Shown here in pieces: positions 1-14,998 of a DNA stretch of 64,000 bases (its first letter is position 1; the number at the start of each line of letters is the position of its first letter). Origin of the DNA: Octopus vulgaris (lineage: Eukaryota). Under the pieces are notes generated by a model. That model made no database searches. It worked only from the letters and a program-made list of their open reading frames with translations, and had not been told where the DNA came from. The stretch is taken from assembly GCA_951406725.2 (NCBI GenBank), contig OX597818.1:248001-312000 (forward strand), read 5' to 3'. The translations under genes and the position numbers were made by a program.

Positions 1-330
1 TGGGTTAGAAATGTCTGAGTAATGGTAGTGGAATGGACCCAGCTACTCCAAATAAACAAAGACCATTAGAAAAGGCAGGACACTTGTAGGTCAGAGGAGT
101 GTGTCTGTGACTCTATGCCAATCAAGTGAATGGCTCTTTTCTGGATGCAGTCTAGGGTATCTGTGTGTAGCAGTAGTAGTAACAGCTGTGTGTCACCTCT
201 GAGAGAAATAATCCATTATAAGCCTCACGAGCTTGGTGGAATATCAGTAATCGTCTTCTGACCTTGAAGAGAAGACCCAGTGATTGGGATGTGAATTGCA
301 ATGTTAGATACAATATCTTAGTGGATAGAA
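1..330 (-). mobile_element. Old CR1/L2-like LINE remnant
   Basis: Degenerate minus-strand peptides SQSLGLLFKVRR and LDCIQKRAIHLIG, typical of the post-RT region. Confidence 0.35.
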
Positions 331-1794
331 AAGCAGGAACCAACTGGACTAATCTTAATCCTGGGTTGGGACTTCCTCAGCTCCTGAATACCCTCTTTAA
401 CTGCCAACATAGAAACTGCTAATAAACCTACCACAAATATATAAATTAAACAAACTGCTAAGAAGGTGTTATATACGCAAATTAGCCCATCCCTTTTACC
501 TAAGTTCTGAGTAATAATGAGTTTATAAGCAGTGTCGTCACTAAGGTATCTGTTTACACATACACCCACACACACACACAAACAGTGTTGGTTACAGATA
601 TATTCGATAATAAAGTATGGCATTGTCTTTAAAAGAACACATTAGATATTATAATCTATAGTGTGCTATTTTCTGAATACAAAACAGGAGTCATGGAAGA
701 AATACATTTGACTAGATATCTACTTGATCAGCAGCAACTTGGAGCGAAACAACAACTCGTGTAGTTAATAAGTCCATCTAGTGAAATGGTAGGGATTATA
801 ACAGCTGCCTAGAAACATAAAAAAAAACAAACTCATTACTAGGAGACATTGCTGTTAGATGCAGTGGGTTGTAAATAGTGCAACTGGTGTCATTCACAGG
901 ACATAAGTGACCATGTGACTAACACAGCAGGTACAAACCGAGATATAACCATAGAGAGAAAAGATACTTAAACAGAAAGAAAACTAGTTCATTTTTATTA
1001 CCATTGCTACTTCAGTTAAGTGGCGATGTGGTGATGATGTTGGCTGCCATTAATATACAAGAGAGAGAGGGGGGAGAGAGAGAGAGAGATGTCCTAAGCC
1101 TGGACAAATCAGTAGTATGTTAACTGTGTGATAGCAAGTATATTGTGGTGGTTTAGTCACAGGTCAGTATTGATTGAATCTCAAGTAAAAGACATTCTAA
1201 CCATGACCTTTCAGTCTTTTCTATATCTAAAACTACATTTTCAAATATATTTCCCTTTTAAGACAATAGAAGAGATTTAGTTACCATTTCCAGCATGTCT
1301 ATTGAAAGTGTTTGGTGATTGACAATAAAATCTATATGCTAATCATTAAATACAGTAATATTGTTTTGTTTTTTAAATTATAATCACTGATTTCATTGTA
1401 ATTACAGTTTTGAAGAAGATGAAAAGAAAAGATGAAGTGATGAGTATTACACCAAATTCTATTTGGTTTATTACACCTGTGTCTATACAATTAAATTACA
1501 TCAAGTTTATACACTCTAGCTATATCTAGTTTATATACTCTAATTATATCTGGCTTATATACTCTAGTTACATCTAGTTTAGTTAATCTGTTTATATTTA
1601 GTTTACCGAATCTAGTCAGTTTATATTACATCTAGTTCTATTCGATTCATTCTATCTGGGTTACTAAATCTAGTTCAATCTGGTATATTTAAGTTATATC
1701 TAATTTAGTTATACTGAAAGTAACTGGATCATGACATTTATTTCAACAGCAAGCATCTGTGTATTCTGATTGAATGATTAGTTACGATTTTCTT

Positions 1795-2016
1795 TTCTAC
1801 TTCAGGCAGAAGGCCTGAAATTTTTTTTTTTGGGGGGGGGGGGTGTCAATCGATTAGATTGACCCCAGTACACAACTGGTACTTAATTTATCGACCCCGA
1901 ACAGATGAAAGGCAGAGTTGACTTCGGTGGAATTTGAACTCCGAATGTAAAGACAGACGAAATACTGCTAAGCATTTCGCCTGGCATGCTAACATTTCTG
2001 ACAGCTCACCGACTTG
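1795..2016 (-). mobile_element. tRNA-derived SINE family A (Nin/Deu-like core)
   Basis: B-box GAGTTCAAATTCC and core gcctttcatc..tcggggtcgataaattaagtaccag; many copies in the window. Confidence 0.8.
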
Positions 2017-2252
2017 GTGATGACTATATAGTGATGATGATGGCAGTGATGGTAATGTTGATAGTGATGACAAATATTTCAAAATATTATTTTTAGGTTA
2101 GCCAAATCTACTGAGGTATCCATTTAAAATTCTTATGAAGTCTTTTGAAATCTGCGAAATGTGAAGCTAATTCTTCTTTAACTGAGCAGGAACTTGTGAT
2201 TGGGTCACCAGCTCAAAGTTTCAGGTTGTATAACAAAGTCATATATGTAAGA

Positions 2253-2479
2253 TTAACCCTTCAGCATTCAAACTGGCCATATCAGGCCCAGATATTCTAC
2301 ATGTTTTATGTTCAAATTAATTAGATCAGGTTTCTCACAACTACCCCACTATGTCATTCTAAAAATAAAGTCACATCATTGAAATCTCAAAGCTACAAGA
2401 TAATATATGATTAATTGAAAACAATGTGGATAAAAAAAACATTACATTTGAGAGAGTAATCTGAATACTAAAGAGTTAA
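2253..2479. mobile_element. piggyBac-type MITE
   Basis: TTAA-CCCTTCAG...CTAAAGAG-TTAA ends; inverted relative at 30357-30580; same terminus type as 54469. Confidence 0.7.
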
Positions 2480-3429
2480 AGATGTCAAGGAATTTTATAT
2501 TCTGGTTATATCATTTTTGTCTTGTACCCATACTCTTCAGTGGAAACAGAGATAGCCTAGGAGATGAGAACCACTGTATAGAAGATGGGGTAGGTATTTA
2601 GAAAGACCTTCTTTCAGCAATCAACTGGCTCAGACAGCTACACCATGGCCATGGCTAGCTGGAGAACAAGAAAAATGGTACAAAAATCAGCTGAAAATCA
2701 TCTTGAAGAATGGAAGGCATTGCTGCCTACTGTTCTCTTTGGTGTTATGATGAAAAATACATTTAGAATTACCAGGAGATATAAAGAAAACAGTAAACAT
2801 GCAGAATAACACCTGGCCTCTCTAACCAAACATTTCTATGTCCCATATGTAATTGAAGATTGTACATTAAAGATTGAAGTGTACAGTCATCAAAACATTG
2901 GCAATAGCCAGAGGAGATGATCATCTTTGAATTTGATGGACAACCAATTAGCAAACAAGCATCAAAAAGAGTAATTCTTGATTAGTGATATGTTAGAATT
3001 GTTAGTAACTGCTACAAAGAGACGGCTCTGGAACAGACATTCTGAAGGTAGACTTACAACTGATCTAGCATAGAAGAACTGCTGTAGATGTATAGAGAAC
3101 TATATTTCTTCTGTCACATGTACACACACAAGTAATATACATCTCACACAGACATATGAAAAGTATAGATATAAATTTGTTCATGGTTAAATAATGAAAG
3201 ATCCAGCTGCAGAAATCTATCTTTCTTTCTTTTCCAAACACAGTTAATTATGTCAGATGGGAAAAACAGCAAAGAAACCAAGTCACACACTGGACAGTTC
3301 AAAGAAATGTGTGATGGTATCAAATATATAATGTCATATAAATGGTTATCAATAACAGTGAAGAAAAGAGTTTTAGACGCATACACAGAACCCATTCTCA
3401 CAGATGGTTGTGAGACCTGAAACATTGAC

Positions 3430-3790
3430 AAGAATGAAAGCTTACCAATGTTGCAGTGATGAATGTTCAAGATGACTATGTACAAGGGGTGACAATCATT
3501 GAGGTCCTCAAATGAGCAAAGACCATCAGAAAGTTTCTTAACAACATAAAAATGAGAGAATTGGCTCAGTTCATTGGACATACGCTATATGAGATGACAA
3601 GACCATGACAAGAAGGTGACAACAGGGAAACTGAAAAGAAGTTGCTAGGGAAAAGAAAGAGAGAAGCTACTTGATAGTCTTACCACCTGGCTAAAGAAAA
3701 ACTAGCCCAATAAACTGCTATGTGAAGAACAGGAGGGCATGGAGGTCCCTAGTCTATGACACCTGTGGGCATGGTTCATGAAGACAGTAA
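3430..3790 (+). mobile_element. Old RTE-like LINE 3' remnant
   Basis: Degenerate QFIGH..., TGKL..., LLDSLTTW peptide pattern. Confidence 0.3.
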
Positions 3791-5229
3791 AAAGTGTATA
3801 AGGACCACTTTATCCAATGTCTTTTCATAGGATGGATAGGGTATGCTTTGAGGAAAACTTGGGTGTTATTTCTAACAGGTCACACCATCATGTAGCATTT
3901 CTTTTGATGGCTGTATCTAATATGGTTGATGTGTGGCCCTAAGTTAATGAAGTAAATCTTCAATCACATGTGAACATCTCCTCTTGCTTAACCCATTAAT
4001 GCATAAAATATAATTTCCAAATTGTCCTGCTTTTGGGACACTATGTATGAATGGGTTACAATAGTGTATCTAAGACTACATTATCCAATGTGTCCATCTT
4101 TTTGGTTGAATGTCATTTGAGAGAGTTTCTGGCTGCTTTTTCTATAGCAGGGCAAACAACTGCATGATGGCTTTTGGTAACCTTCTCTCCTTCTATGGGT
4201 GATTAGAACTTAGACACTGATTGTATGTCTAAGTGCTAGAAAGTTTACTTAATGAAAAGAAAGTAGATAGAAAATAGTGGGAACACATAGATGTGTGATG
4301 AAAATAGAATGACAAAATAATAAGAAAATGATATTATGACAATGTCTGTGAGATATTCTGATAAAAAATATCTTCAACAAATTAGTTAAGACTGTACAAA
4401 GAATACCCAGTTTATCAGTAAAATTATTAACAATAAAATTTTAAAAAAAACATTGAAGAAACATGACAAAGTCTAGATCAGGTGTGAAAATACACTAAAA
4501 AAATATTAACGATGGCCTGAATGGAAATATATGACAAAATTTATTAATTTGTTGATCAGATGCCCTATAGAGGAGTTTAATAAATGAAAAGAGACAATGT
4601 AGGGTGGAGAAGATTCTTTAGTCCTGCTGCAGACATGACAACTTCTTTGGTGTTGGTGCCAGAATAAAATACTCTTAGTACCATTCCTCTTGCTAACCAT
4701 GTTATGAAAGAGTTGGTGAAAGGAATGGCATCCAGAAACCATGCAAAAACATGGAACTTAAGAGTTGTGGTTGCTGATCTGTCTCAGAAGTAACTCAAAA
4801 TAAGAACTGATTTGTATTCTCACCTACCTTACAAAAGATGGACTTTGCTTTGTGCCCTCCATCAAGGACAGAGTTGATAATCATCAACTTATACCCTTGA
4901 AGGCACTGCTTCAGCCTGGTCACCGTCTAATGACTGTAACCAGTTAAAGAACATATTTCCCACAGACATATTTCCCACATCAGCATAATCAACATTGCAA
5001 ACATTTTATAACAAACATTAGCACAAGGCAATGAGAGAAGGTGGAGGATCAGTGGAGGATAAACCCCAGTATTTTACCGGCACTTTAATTTATCAATATA
5101 TATATATAACTCAAGGTATTCAACATCAATACTGACATCATATTCTTGAAAGTATTGAATATGAAACTAGAAAAATTTAATCAAATAAAAACAATTCTTT
5201 TTGTATTTGCTTTTGGTGAAAATACTCAC

Positions 5230-5363
5230 CTAAAGAAGTCCATAGGTCGGCCACAGAACCAACAATATTCCAGCTGAAAGCTTTTAGCAATTGCTTGTCT
5301 AGTACTAGTTGATGGGACTACAATTCCGTTACGTCCTGCCATGTTAAGTGGATCTGTAGCCAT
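5230..5363 (-). CDS. Candidate alternative first coding exon (MATDPLNMAGRNGIVVPSTSTRQAIAKSFQLEYCWFCGRPMDFF)
   Basis: ATG with in-frame upstream TGA; 44 codons then AG|gtgagt consensus donor in phase 2, the same phase as the donor at 32859. Confidence 0.6.
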
Positions 5364-8300
5364 GTTAACTCCAATGTGTCAACATTTATCAGTCCATCTT
5401 TGTAGATAGAGAATGGGACTATTTATGGATATTTATACACACAAAAATATATATATATTTTCTTTTTTTCACGAGAAATTACTTTTGCAAGTCCATTTCT
5501 AAATAATCACATGAAAATGTGATTTGTTCTTCATGAAGTCAGACAAGTAAAACTATCAGATAATCAATTGAATAATTCCCGAAGGATTGCAGTAAATTCT
5601 CAGGTTTCCATGTTTCCCATGATATGTAAAGAGGAGTGTGGAGATTACAGGATAATCTTGGTTCTTAGCAAGAAAAGATTTCTCAAATAGTTCATATTGG
5701 CAGATAAAACAAAAACATGGTTTTGTTATGTGTCCTTGAGTTAGCAACAGAGAATGGTGTGTATGTGTTAGGTATGTAGGTGTTAGATGTGTATATAAAC
5801 ATGCATACATAGAAGTGTAATTAAAAGATACTTGGATGGGTGGAAGTGTGTGTGCACAAAATTAATTCAGAAGGGAAATTCAGATAAGTAAAATCAGTAT
5901 AACAGGAGGGATATATATGGAGAAACATAATAAGAATTTACAGACATAGCCTCATTAATTCAGTTATATCAAAATTTATTGTTTAACTACAGGTAAACCC
6001 TGATCATGTCATTTTTTCAAAGATCCTGTATATGTTGGACTATATAGTCAATGTGTCCTTTTCTAAAAGGCTGTAATGCGTAATTTGAAAAAGATTTTGG
6101 CTTAGTATTACAGAGGTTTGCTTGTTGACAGTCAAAATTCATTATTTACTGAATGATGTAACATTGTACATGTTCTGGTAAAATACGGAAATGTATTTAA
6201 AAACTAATTATTATTTTTTTTCCCAGGGAACATGAATAGTTAATAAAATTTCTAGTGATTATAGCCACACTAAATACTTAATAATGTTTTGCTGACTTCA
6301 ACTAAAGCCTAAAATTACTAAATAATTGCCAAATTATATGTAGAAAGCCAAATCCCCAAGATAATAATTACAACTAGATTAAGACCCAGTCCCCTATATT
6401 TCCTGTTTTCTTTTAGATCCAACATAACAATTAAATTCTTTAGTTTGAGAGGTCAAATCAATCAGAAAATTGGGAATGTATTACCAGTAGAATTAGGAAT
6501 CTTTTATCACTATGGAACAAGGATATTCACTGGTTAATATTAAAGAGCCACAAGTTTATAAATGGAACTATATATGATCTGTTCCATGCTCCTTATTCTA
6601 TACAAGATACAAACATGATATCAATAAACAAGAAATTGATTGCTTGTTAGAATAATGTAACAATAGATAAGAAACTTAATCATTTAACCTAAGTACTCAA
6701 AATGAAATCCCCAAAACAGTTGGTAAAGTGAAAGTGGAGTTTAATACTATGAATTATTCAATGTGGGCTCTTTCAAAAGTGTTTTGCAGAGGTATGAGAT
6801 GTGGGAAATCAATTGTAATTTAGAGGAAAACCTTTTATTTTTGATAATAATATAATAGATTAATAAAAACAAAAAAAAAAAAAAAAAATTCAAACGTTTT
6901 AGGTGACTTGTTAAATTATGATTTTTGTTTTCTCTCTTATCCAAGTCTCCCTGTTTCATGTGTATATAAATACATTGGGATGAGGTTTTCTGATTAATTG
7001 AGGATATTAGATCTAGAAAGCTCTGTAAAACACAACCATGCAAATAAACTGGAAGGGAGTAATTTTGGCTGTAATGAGTGAAAGAATATTAGATTTTGGA
7101 CAAAGAAAATTTGGAAGAGTAATGAAATAAGGAGGGTTTATAATATGGACATCAAATACAAAATAATCAAAATACCATTGACAGTTGTTTGAGAAAGAAC
7201 TTAAACAAAGAATGGGTAATACAAAAGTTGAATTTTTCATGTCAACAATGGTTGAGGTAAGACTTCAGTTAACACAGTAAAGCAAAAACCAATATATGAG
7301 GTTTTAACAGATAAATTCAGAACAGATTTTTAATGGGTTTTCTATCAGTGGAATTGTTTAAAGAGATTGGTTCATCTTTCAAAAAAAAAAAAATCAATTT
7401 TAATATTTTGTATTAAATCCTAATGTTAACTGGGAGATTTTAATGGACAATATAAGCTGAAAAGCTTTTAATTTGATTATAAAATTAATAGGTAACAATA
7501 ATTATAACAAATATGCATAATATTGATATTATTTTAGAAAAGAACTGTTTTCATTGAATTGTCATAAATATTGAAATATATCTATGGAAATAGAATTTGA
7601 GGTAGTGTTTAAATTTACAAATTGATTTCAATTAGACATAAGCAACAATAACAAGTATAAAGTAATAAGTTTATGAATCTATGATACATAATAGTTGTAG
7701 GGCCTTGATGTACTTCAAGAACAACAAGGTACCAAAACAATGTTATTCAAGGAGGTATTTTTAGAACAAGGTACAGAACAGAATGGTATAGAACTTTAAG
7801 TAAAAAAAAGACAGGGAACTAGAAACAGTTGAAGCAACACCGAAATGAGAGAGAGTCAAATAAAGCTGAGTGAATAGTTGGATTCTAAGACCAAAATAAC
7901 GGAAGCAGAGAGCAACAATAATTATTTCAAAGTTTTAGAAAAGGGTTCTTAAGTGTCAGAAATATTGATTTTGATTGTCAAGGAAAAAAGTTTCCTTTAG
8001 TGTCATAAATAAAAAGGAAAAGTAAAAATTGTCAGTTTAGATTTTGACTTTCGAAGTTAAGATTTACAAAAAAGGCTGTGGAGGATATATAACCAAAGTG
8101 ATCAAAGATGATATTGGGAATGATATAAACTTGTTTAATGGTTGTAAAAAACACATAACATGTTAAATTATTTCCTGTCTGTAAAATGTCTGTTTGCACC
8201 CGAAGAAAGACAATTGAGGTAGAGCCTAGAGGATTATGTACAGCAAGTTGATAGACCAAATGCCACTTTAAGAGCTTAATAGCAATGTTGTTGTAGTAAT

Positions 8301-9481
8301 AGTAGTAGTAGCAGCAGCAGATATAGTAGTGGATCATATACAAGTACTATAGCAGCAGGAAGAAAAACTCAAGAAAATTAGTCTGGACATGTCTGTTTGA
8401 TGTCATTACAAAAGTAATTATAACAAAATTATAAAAGTCTAAATTTTTCTATTCTTATTTTACTTCTTTTCTTTGTTATTGGCAATATAGTTTCCTGAAT
8501 TAAAAATTATTAATCCCCAATTAATGAAATAGAGTACTGCATGACAAAATGATTTATTTATCTTAAGCAAACTTCTCTTCCTGGTCTCTCAAGTTGTGCT
8601 TGTTGTTGTTCCATGATTAACCAGCTCAATGTTGTAGTGAACCAGTTTAAATTTCCCTACATTAATTTCTCTTCTAAACATATATCTAGATAGGGCAGGG
8701 TCTTGTCCACCACAGGAAATGAAGACACACACATTGTCCACATGCAAAAGTTGGCTGACAGGACATTAATGGCAGATCTTGTTAAATGGGGGCAATGTTG
8801 AATGACATAATGATGAAATACACAAGTTGTACTGATCTTCAGGAAGATAAATTCAACTGTGAGCTGTGGTTCAAATTCTGTTCTAGTTTGCTGAGGTCAA
8901 TTCAACAGTGAAACAAAGCAGCTCAGTATTGTATCAAATAGTAATACAATGTCTTCATCACCTTTTATTCTCTTAACATCAATCATTTATGTAGCAATAA
9001 TATACTGAACAATTTTAAAATTACTAAATACAAAAACCATATATACATAACAACCTCATCAACTGATATGTGTGGTCTAAACCTGCCAACTCATAGTTAA
9101 TTATTTTCTATTCAATAAACATCTTCAAATAGATTGAAGTACTATATCTAACTCAAAGAAGAAAGAATAACAAAATATATTATTTATCAGTGAAATAAAA
9201 TACGTAGTAAGGAGGTTGAATAGAATAAGAAGGAAATAAGATCACTTACAAAGAGAATAGAATAACAATAAATACTAGTTGTTGTTGGTGGATAACATAA
9301 AGCACAGGTGTGTTATAAAGTAGAGGTGTGGAATATTTATAGGTGAGAAAAAATGTGAAGGTGGATATTATAATTAAATAAAAACAGAGAGATATATATC
9401 ACAAAAGTATGTTAACTGACACATTGTCAGACTCAAGGTCTCTCCAAGATTATTTCCCTTGTTTTTGTGATTCAGTCTTCG

Positions 9482-9518
<37 letters not shown>

Positions 9519-9564
9519 TTAAAGATTAGTATTTTATATATACATATATATAGTTAACAATAAG

Positions 9565-9603
<39 letters not shown>

Positions 9604-10084
9604 AATATTAGTACTTCATATATGTGTGTGGTTAGTAACTAGTATTACATAATATAACTAGCAGTATTTCCTATTCCTGCAGTAGTCTAAGAAATGTAGA
9701 ATATTCTTTAAAACACCACCACCACCACCATTATCAGATGTTTTGTTATTAAAACAGACAAGAAGCAAATCTTAGAATATCAGCAGGAAGTGTCACAGCT
9801 TGAAGGAGATAGTTCTGGAATTGTAGCAAATAATTATTCTATAAAATGATAAGAACTATAGAAGGGGTTTCCTATGGTTTTGCTATTTCTTTTAAATAAA
9901 TTATGTTAGAAAGAAGGCAAAAATACAAAATTAAGAAATATTTTCTATAAATAAATAAGGTTTCTTGCCTTAAAACTAATATCAAAGAATTACTGGGAAT
10001 TTCAAGTCAAAGTCTAATCATCTTTAGAATAGTTACAAGGAGAATAAAATAAACTACTACTACTACTACTGATAATAATAATAA

Positions 10085-10428
10085 CAAGAGCACAAACCTC
10101 CACCAAGGCAACACCAACGTCTTTTCAACAATTAGCCGGAGATGATTTTAAAATGAGAATATCCGAAATAAACTCACCTTCTCTCACAAACGAGAATACT
10201 AAAAATGAACCTGACCGCTCTCAAAAATTAAGTAAAAAATCTGGAAAAATAATCCAGAATCTTTGTCTGGTACTGGATTGATCCCAAAATCTGATCAGTT
10301 TGTGCCAGTCATGAAGCCAAACATCTCTGAAAGTTTCATCCAAATCCATCCAGTAGTTCTTGAGATATCTTGTCCAGAGACACACACAAACGTGACTGAG
10401 AACAATACTACGCTAAGGTGGAGGTAAT
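10085..10428. mobile_element. Non-autonomous Helitron/Helentron-associated (HINE/DINE-like) element
   Basis: Subterminal inverted repeat acctccacc/ggtggaggt, aagtttcatccaaatccatcc motif, short (CA)n, inserted in AAT repeats. Confidence 0.55.
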
Positions 10429-11589
10429 AATGATTTCAAATTTTGGCACAAGGCCAGCAATTTCAGGGATAGGTGTAATAATGATAACAACAATAAAATT
10501 ATTTTATTAACTAACTATATGCAATAAATTATATCAATATTTCATCAAATACTTTTTATTTCTTTTTTCAGGGGAAATAAACATGATCAAGAACTGACAG
10601 GCTTTAGCTTCAAGTCAGCACAAAAAAACTTCCAGGGATTACCTTATCCAATGTAACCTTCCTTTCTTAAGATGCTAGGATATCATTTGAGAAAATTTAT
10701 CTGTTATTTCTAGCAATTCATCTAGCACATAGAAGCTCTTTGCTGGTAACAATATGTGAGTGAGAAGTGGGTAGGAAGAGTGGTTGACTAGATTTTCATT
10801 TCAGTAGAAAGTAATTTGGCAGGGAAAAGTCAGTTTACTGATGGTAAAGCAGAAAGAAAACAGTAACCACTTCAGATAGGAAGAGGAAAATAAAATAATA
10901 ATAATTCAGGCGTAATTATAGAATACACAGCAGGTAAATACTTGTGACCATCCCCTTGTGGGTTACCTTGGAGATTGTCGCATCCATTTAATGAGAAAAC
11001 TTCAACAATTTCAGCACTAGAAAAACATTTCTGGTATCAGCACTACAACCACATAACTGTGGAATATCTCCAGTATCTATCTATCTATCCATCTATCTAT
11101 CTGCCAATGTCTATCCATTTACCTGACTGTATCTTATCTATCTATTCATTTACCTTTTTCTCCTTCCCTCTCTCTCTCTCTCTCTCTCTCTATGTATACC
11201 TATACAGTGGAAGCTGTTTATCAGATAGAGAGTAGAGGAATTAGAATTGGTTATTGAGAACAACTAGAATAGAACACACACATGCACACACACTTTAAAA
11301 GACAACCTTTCACAGACTAACCCTAGTAAGGTTGGGGATACATCTAGTTCAATGGTAGGTAGCACACTGATGAAATACTAATACTTACACTAATAATAAT
11401 ATTGGTGTAAACAAATATCGCATCATTTACTATTGCTGCTCCTGATGAGAGTGCAGATGATGATGATGGTAGTTGTTACTGGATTAAGAATACTTACTAG
11501 ATATAAAGCAACGCCTGGTATAAAGTTATGTTGCTGTGTATATAAAAAAATTTTGTTCAGCTTAGATTTCACATAAAGTTAATGATTTC

Positions 11590-11647
<58 letters not shown>

Positions 11648-12221
11648 TAAGATTTTTTTTTCTTCTATTCAATTTTGACTTTAGTAAATACTGAACTGTG
11701 ATGTGTTGCAGAAGTTGAGAAAGTGGAATAAGTGAGTCTATATACCTGCACGTGTATATAAAAATGTGTGTGTGTATGTATATATATAAATATATATATT
11801 AAGATAAAAGTTAACAAACTAGTGGCAGGTTAACAGAATCCTCACAAGTTAACAAGATAGACAGATAGAAGCAAAGTGACTTCCATATAAAACTGAAGAC
11901 ATATTTTGATCCTAAAATTCAATTCAGTTTTGTTTTGTCACTGTATATCAGCAAGAAGATAACAGCAACAAAAGTAATACAAAATAGCAATAAGAACAGC
12001 AGCAATACTGATTTCAAAATATTTGTTTTAATATAGTTACGAATCCTTAAGAGAGTTATTTATAAAGACAGGAAAACTGGTATCAAAAGCTTAAATTAAT
12101 GTTTATAATGACAAAACATAACAAACAACATTGGTTCTGAAGTTTGAGACGTGTGTAATTTGGGGTTTTTGGAGGAAGAAAAAGGGGACATTTTGATGAA
12201 CCACAGCAATAATAAAATATT

Positions 12222-12333
<112 letters not shown>

Positions 12334-12690
12334 TTATTGCTGTTTTTTATTAAAATTTCTGTCAAAGTTAATGTTGAAGCTTCTTTCTAATGTAGTAATC
12401 TACATGAATATATGAAGAGAGAAAGAAGAGACAAACCAAGATGAAGGGAAACAGTAAATGTAGTAATACCATATTTAGAAAGAGATGTAGTGTGTTAGGT
12501 GTTTGTAGTGTAGCATCACTGCAGTTGACAAATACAGGTGAGACAGAAGAAAATAAAGGTGCATGTTGTAGATTGTATTATGTAGCAGCTGTAAAAGACA
12601 TCTAAATACACACACACATTATATATATAAATATATATATAGATATATACATACACATGCACACGGTCACTCATATATACACCTACTCAC

Positions 12691-12699
12691 AGGTAGATA
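12691..12699 (-). CDS. Candidate 9-nt microexon TATCTACCT
   Basis: Long pyrimidine tract plus CAG, 9 nt, then GTGAGT; frame-preserving with no stop in phase 2. Confidence 0.4.
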
Positions 12700-14599
12700 C
12701 TGGTGTGAGAAAAGAAAAACAAACTTGAAAATAAAACAAAAAGAAAATGGTTTCAGTTTTTGAAGTTGAAGACAAAAAAGGAAATATTTTGTATAAATGG
12801 CTCCCAGGAAACTGTGAGAAGAGTTTGAGGAAGTTGTTGATAGAAATTTTAAAATGTTGCTGATGTTGTTTGTGGAGGGATGATCAAAGATGGAAGGTTT
12901 TTGGAACACTGCAAGGAAGAAGTTTTAGTTTTGTTTGTACCAACTGTGGAGGTGGCCTAAAGTGGAAGATCAGAGCAATTGGAGGTAAACTATGTTTAAA
13001 GTATGGGAGGGAGAGGGAGAGGTGGAGGAGAGGGAGAAAGATAGAGATAAACTGACAGACGGATAACAAAATAGATATATAAATAGAGAGCAATAGAGAA
13101 ATGCTAAGAAATGATTTGTATGAACTGCTGTTTTTCCCTTATTTTCTTTGTTAGATAGCTAATTACATTTTTCATTTTACTGATAGTTTAAATCTACATA
13201 CATATAAATGTGTGCGTGTAAAGACAATTTATCACATGCAACTAGACAATTTACCCTATGAAATTATAAATACAAGTAACAGAAATGTAGAGCTATAATT
13301 TGAAAGACAGAAAAAGTACCATTACAGATACATTTGGAGAATAATAGACTGAAATAAAAATAATTTAGACACATCAGTGTTGAGATAAAATTCAGGAGTG
13401 GAGATTTGTTAGAAATACTCAGAATTTGACCAAAGAGAATACTGGCTTGGTGGAAGTTTGTTGGCATATTCAATACAAAAGCGGAAAAACAGTGGCATTG
13501 ATAGTGGCAATGGTGATGATGATGATGATGACAACCACAACAACAACAAAAACAACACAGTGAAGAGATATGTAGTAGTTTATCTTCTGGAAAGTTACAT
13601 TGGTAGTGGTGGGTGAGGGAGATTTGCATAAATAAAGTTTGATGTCAACTCACATACACACATTTGTAAATATTTCAAAAATACAAACAAAAATGTGAAG
13701 TTAGAAACAACAATACTCCAATTATATTTTTTCCCAAAAAAATTTCAGTAAAATCCAACATGTGTGCACATGTGTAACTATGTACCAGTGTGTGTGTATG
13801 TATGTGAGATTATGCGTAAATGTATGTTTGTAGTGAAGGACAGAGGATACACTGATGGTGGTGGTAGTAGTAGTAATCCAAGGCACAGCAGTGAAGTTGG
13901 GGGCAGCTGGTTCACTTTAAGACAGGAATTGGTAAATATCACTGATAACAGGTACATCCACCCAGGTAGCTTAAAGATGTTGAATACTGATAGATGTTGA
14001 TTCTATGTGTGTGTGTGTGTGTGTGATGTATATACAGAATAAGTGTGTATATAAGTGTGTGTATGTACAGAGCTGTGTATGTGTGTTTATGTATATGTAT
14101 GGTTTATATGCATCTTTGTGCAGGTGTATGTGTTAGCTCAGTGTTTGCCTGTGTGTATATACATATATGTGTATATACAAGGATGTGTTTGTGTGTATTG
14201 AGATGTGTATGTGTTGGTGCCAAAGAGAAGCTGGCGCATGTTGATGACTGAGCTATTGGAGGTGTTGTCTATTGATTGATACAGGCAGTAGCAGTGGATG
14301 ATTCCATTGGGAGGGAGAGGCAGGGGTGTGTAGGTGTGAGAGAAGTGTTTGTGGAGAGAGGTGTGTGTGCGAGGGGGATAGAAATAGAAGGAAAGAGACA
14401 GAGAGAGACATGAGTGAAGAGGGTGACAGAGAGAGTGAGAGACAGAGATGGAGGGAGGGAGAGATGAGTAGATATGAAGAAAGAAGAGAAAGTCGAGGTG
14501 TGTACGTGTGTGTGTGTGCATATAAATACACACACACACACACACAACATAGAGGGACAAAGAGAGATGGATTATTATTATTATTATTATTGTTATTTT

Positions 14600-14998
14600 G
14601 AGGTCAAATTCTGCTGAAGTTGACTTTGTCTTTCATCCTTTTGGGATCAATAAAACAAGTACCAGTTGAATACTGGGGTCGATGTAAATGACTTACATCC
14701 TCCCCTCCAAACTGCTGGCTTTGTACCAAAATTTGAAAGAATTATTGTTGTTATTATTACTATCATCATCATCATCATCATCATTAATAATCGTTTCAAA
14801 TTTTGGCACATGGCCAACGAATTTTTTAGGGGTAGGAGATTAGTTGATTACGTTGATCTCAGTGCCCAACTGGTACTTATTTTACTGACTACTAAAGAAT
14901 GAATGATAAAGTCAGCCTCTGCAGTATTTGAACTTCAAATGTAAATTTGGAAGAAATGTTACTGAGAATTTCAACTAGTGTGATTCTGCCAGCTTTCC
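14600..14998. mobile_element. Two SINE family A copies tail-to-tail (+ 14600-14740; - 14790-14998)
   Basis: Core motif present in both orientations, matching 1795-2016. Confidence 0.7.

Noticed and set aside
1490-1720. Degenerate ~20-bp tatatctagttta repeats (similar low-complexity tracts at 33.4-33.7, 35.0-35.2 and 45.2-45.3 kb)
   Set aside because: Ordinary decayed minisatellites
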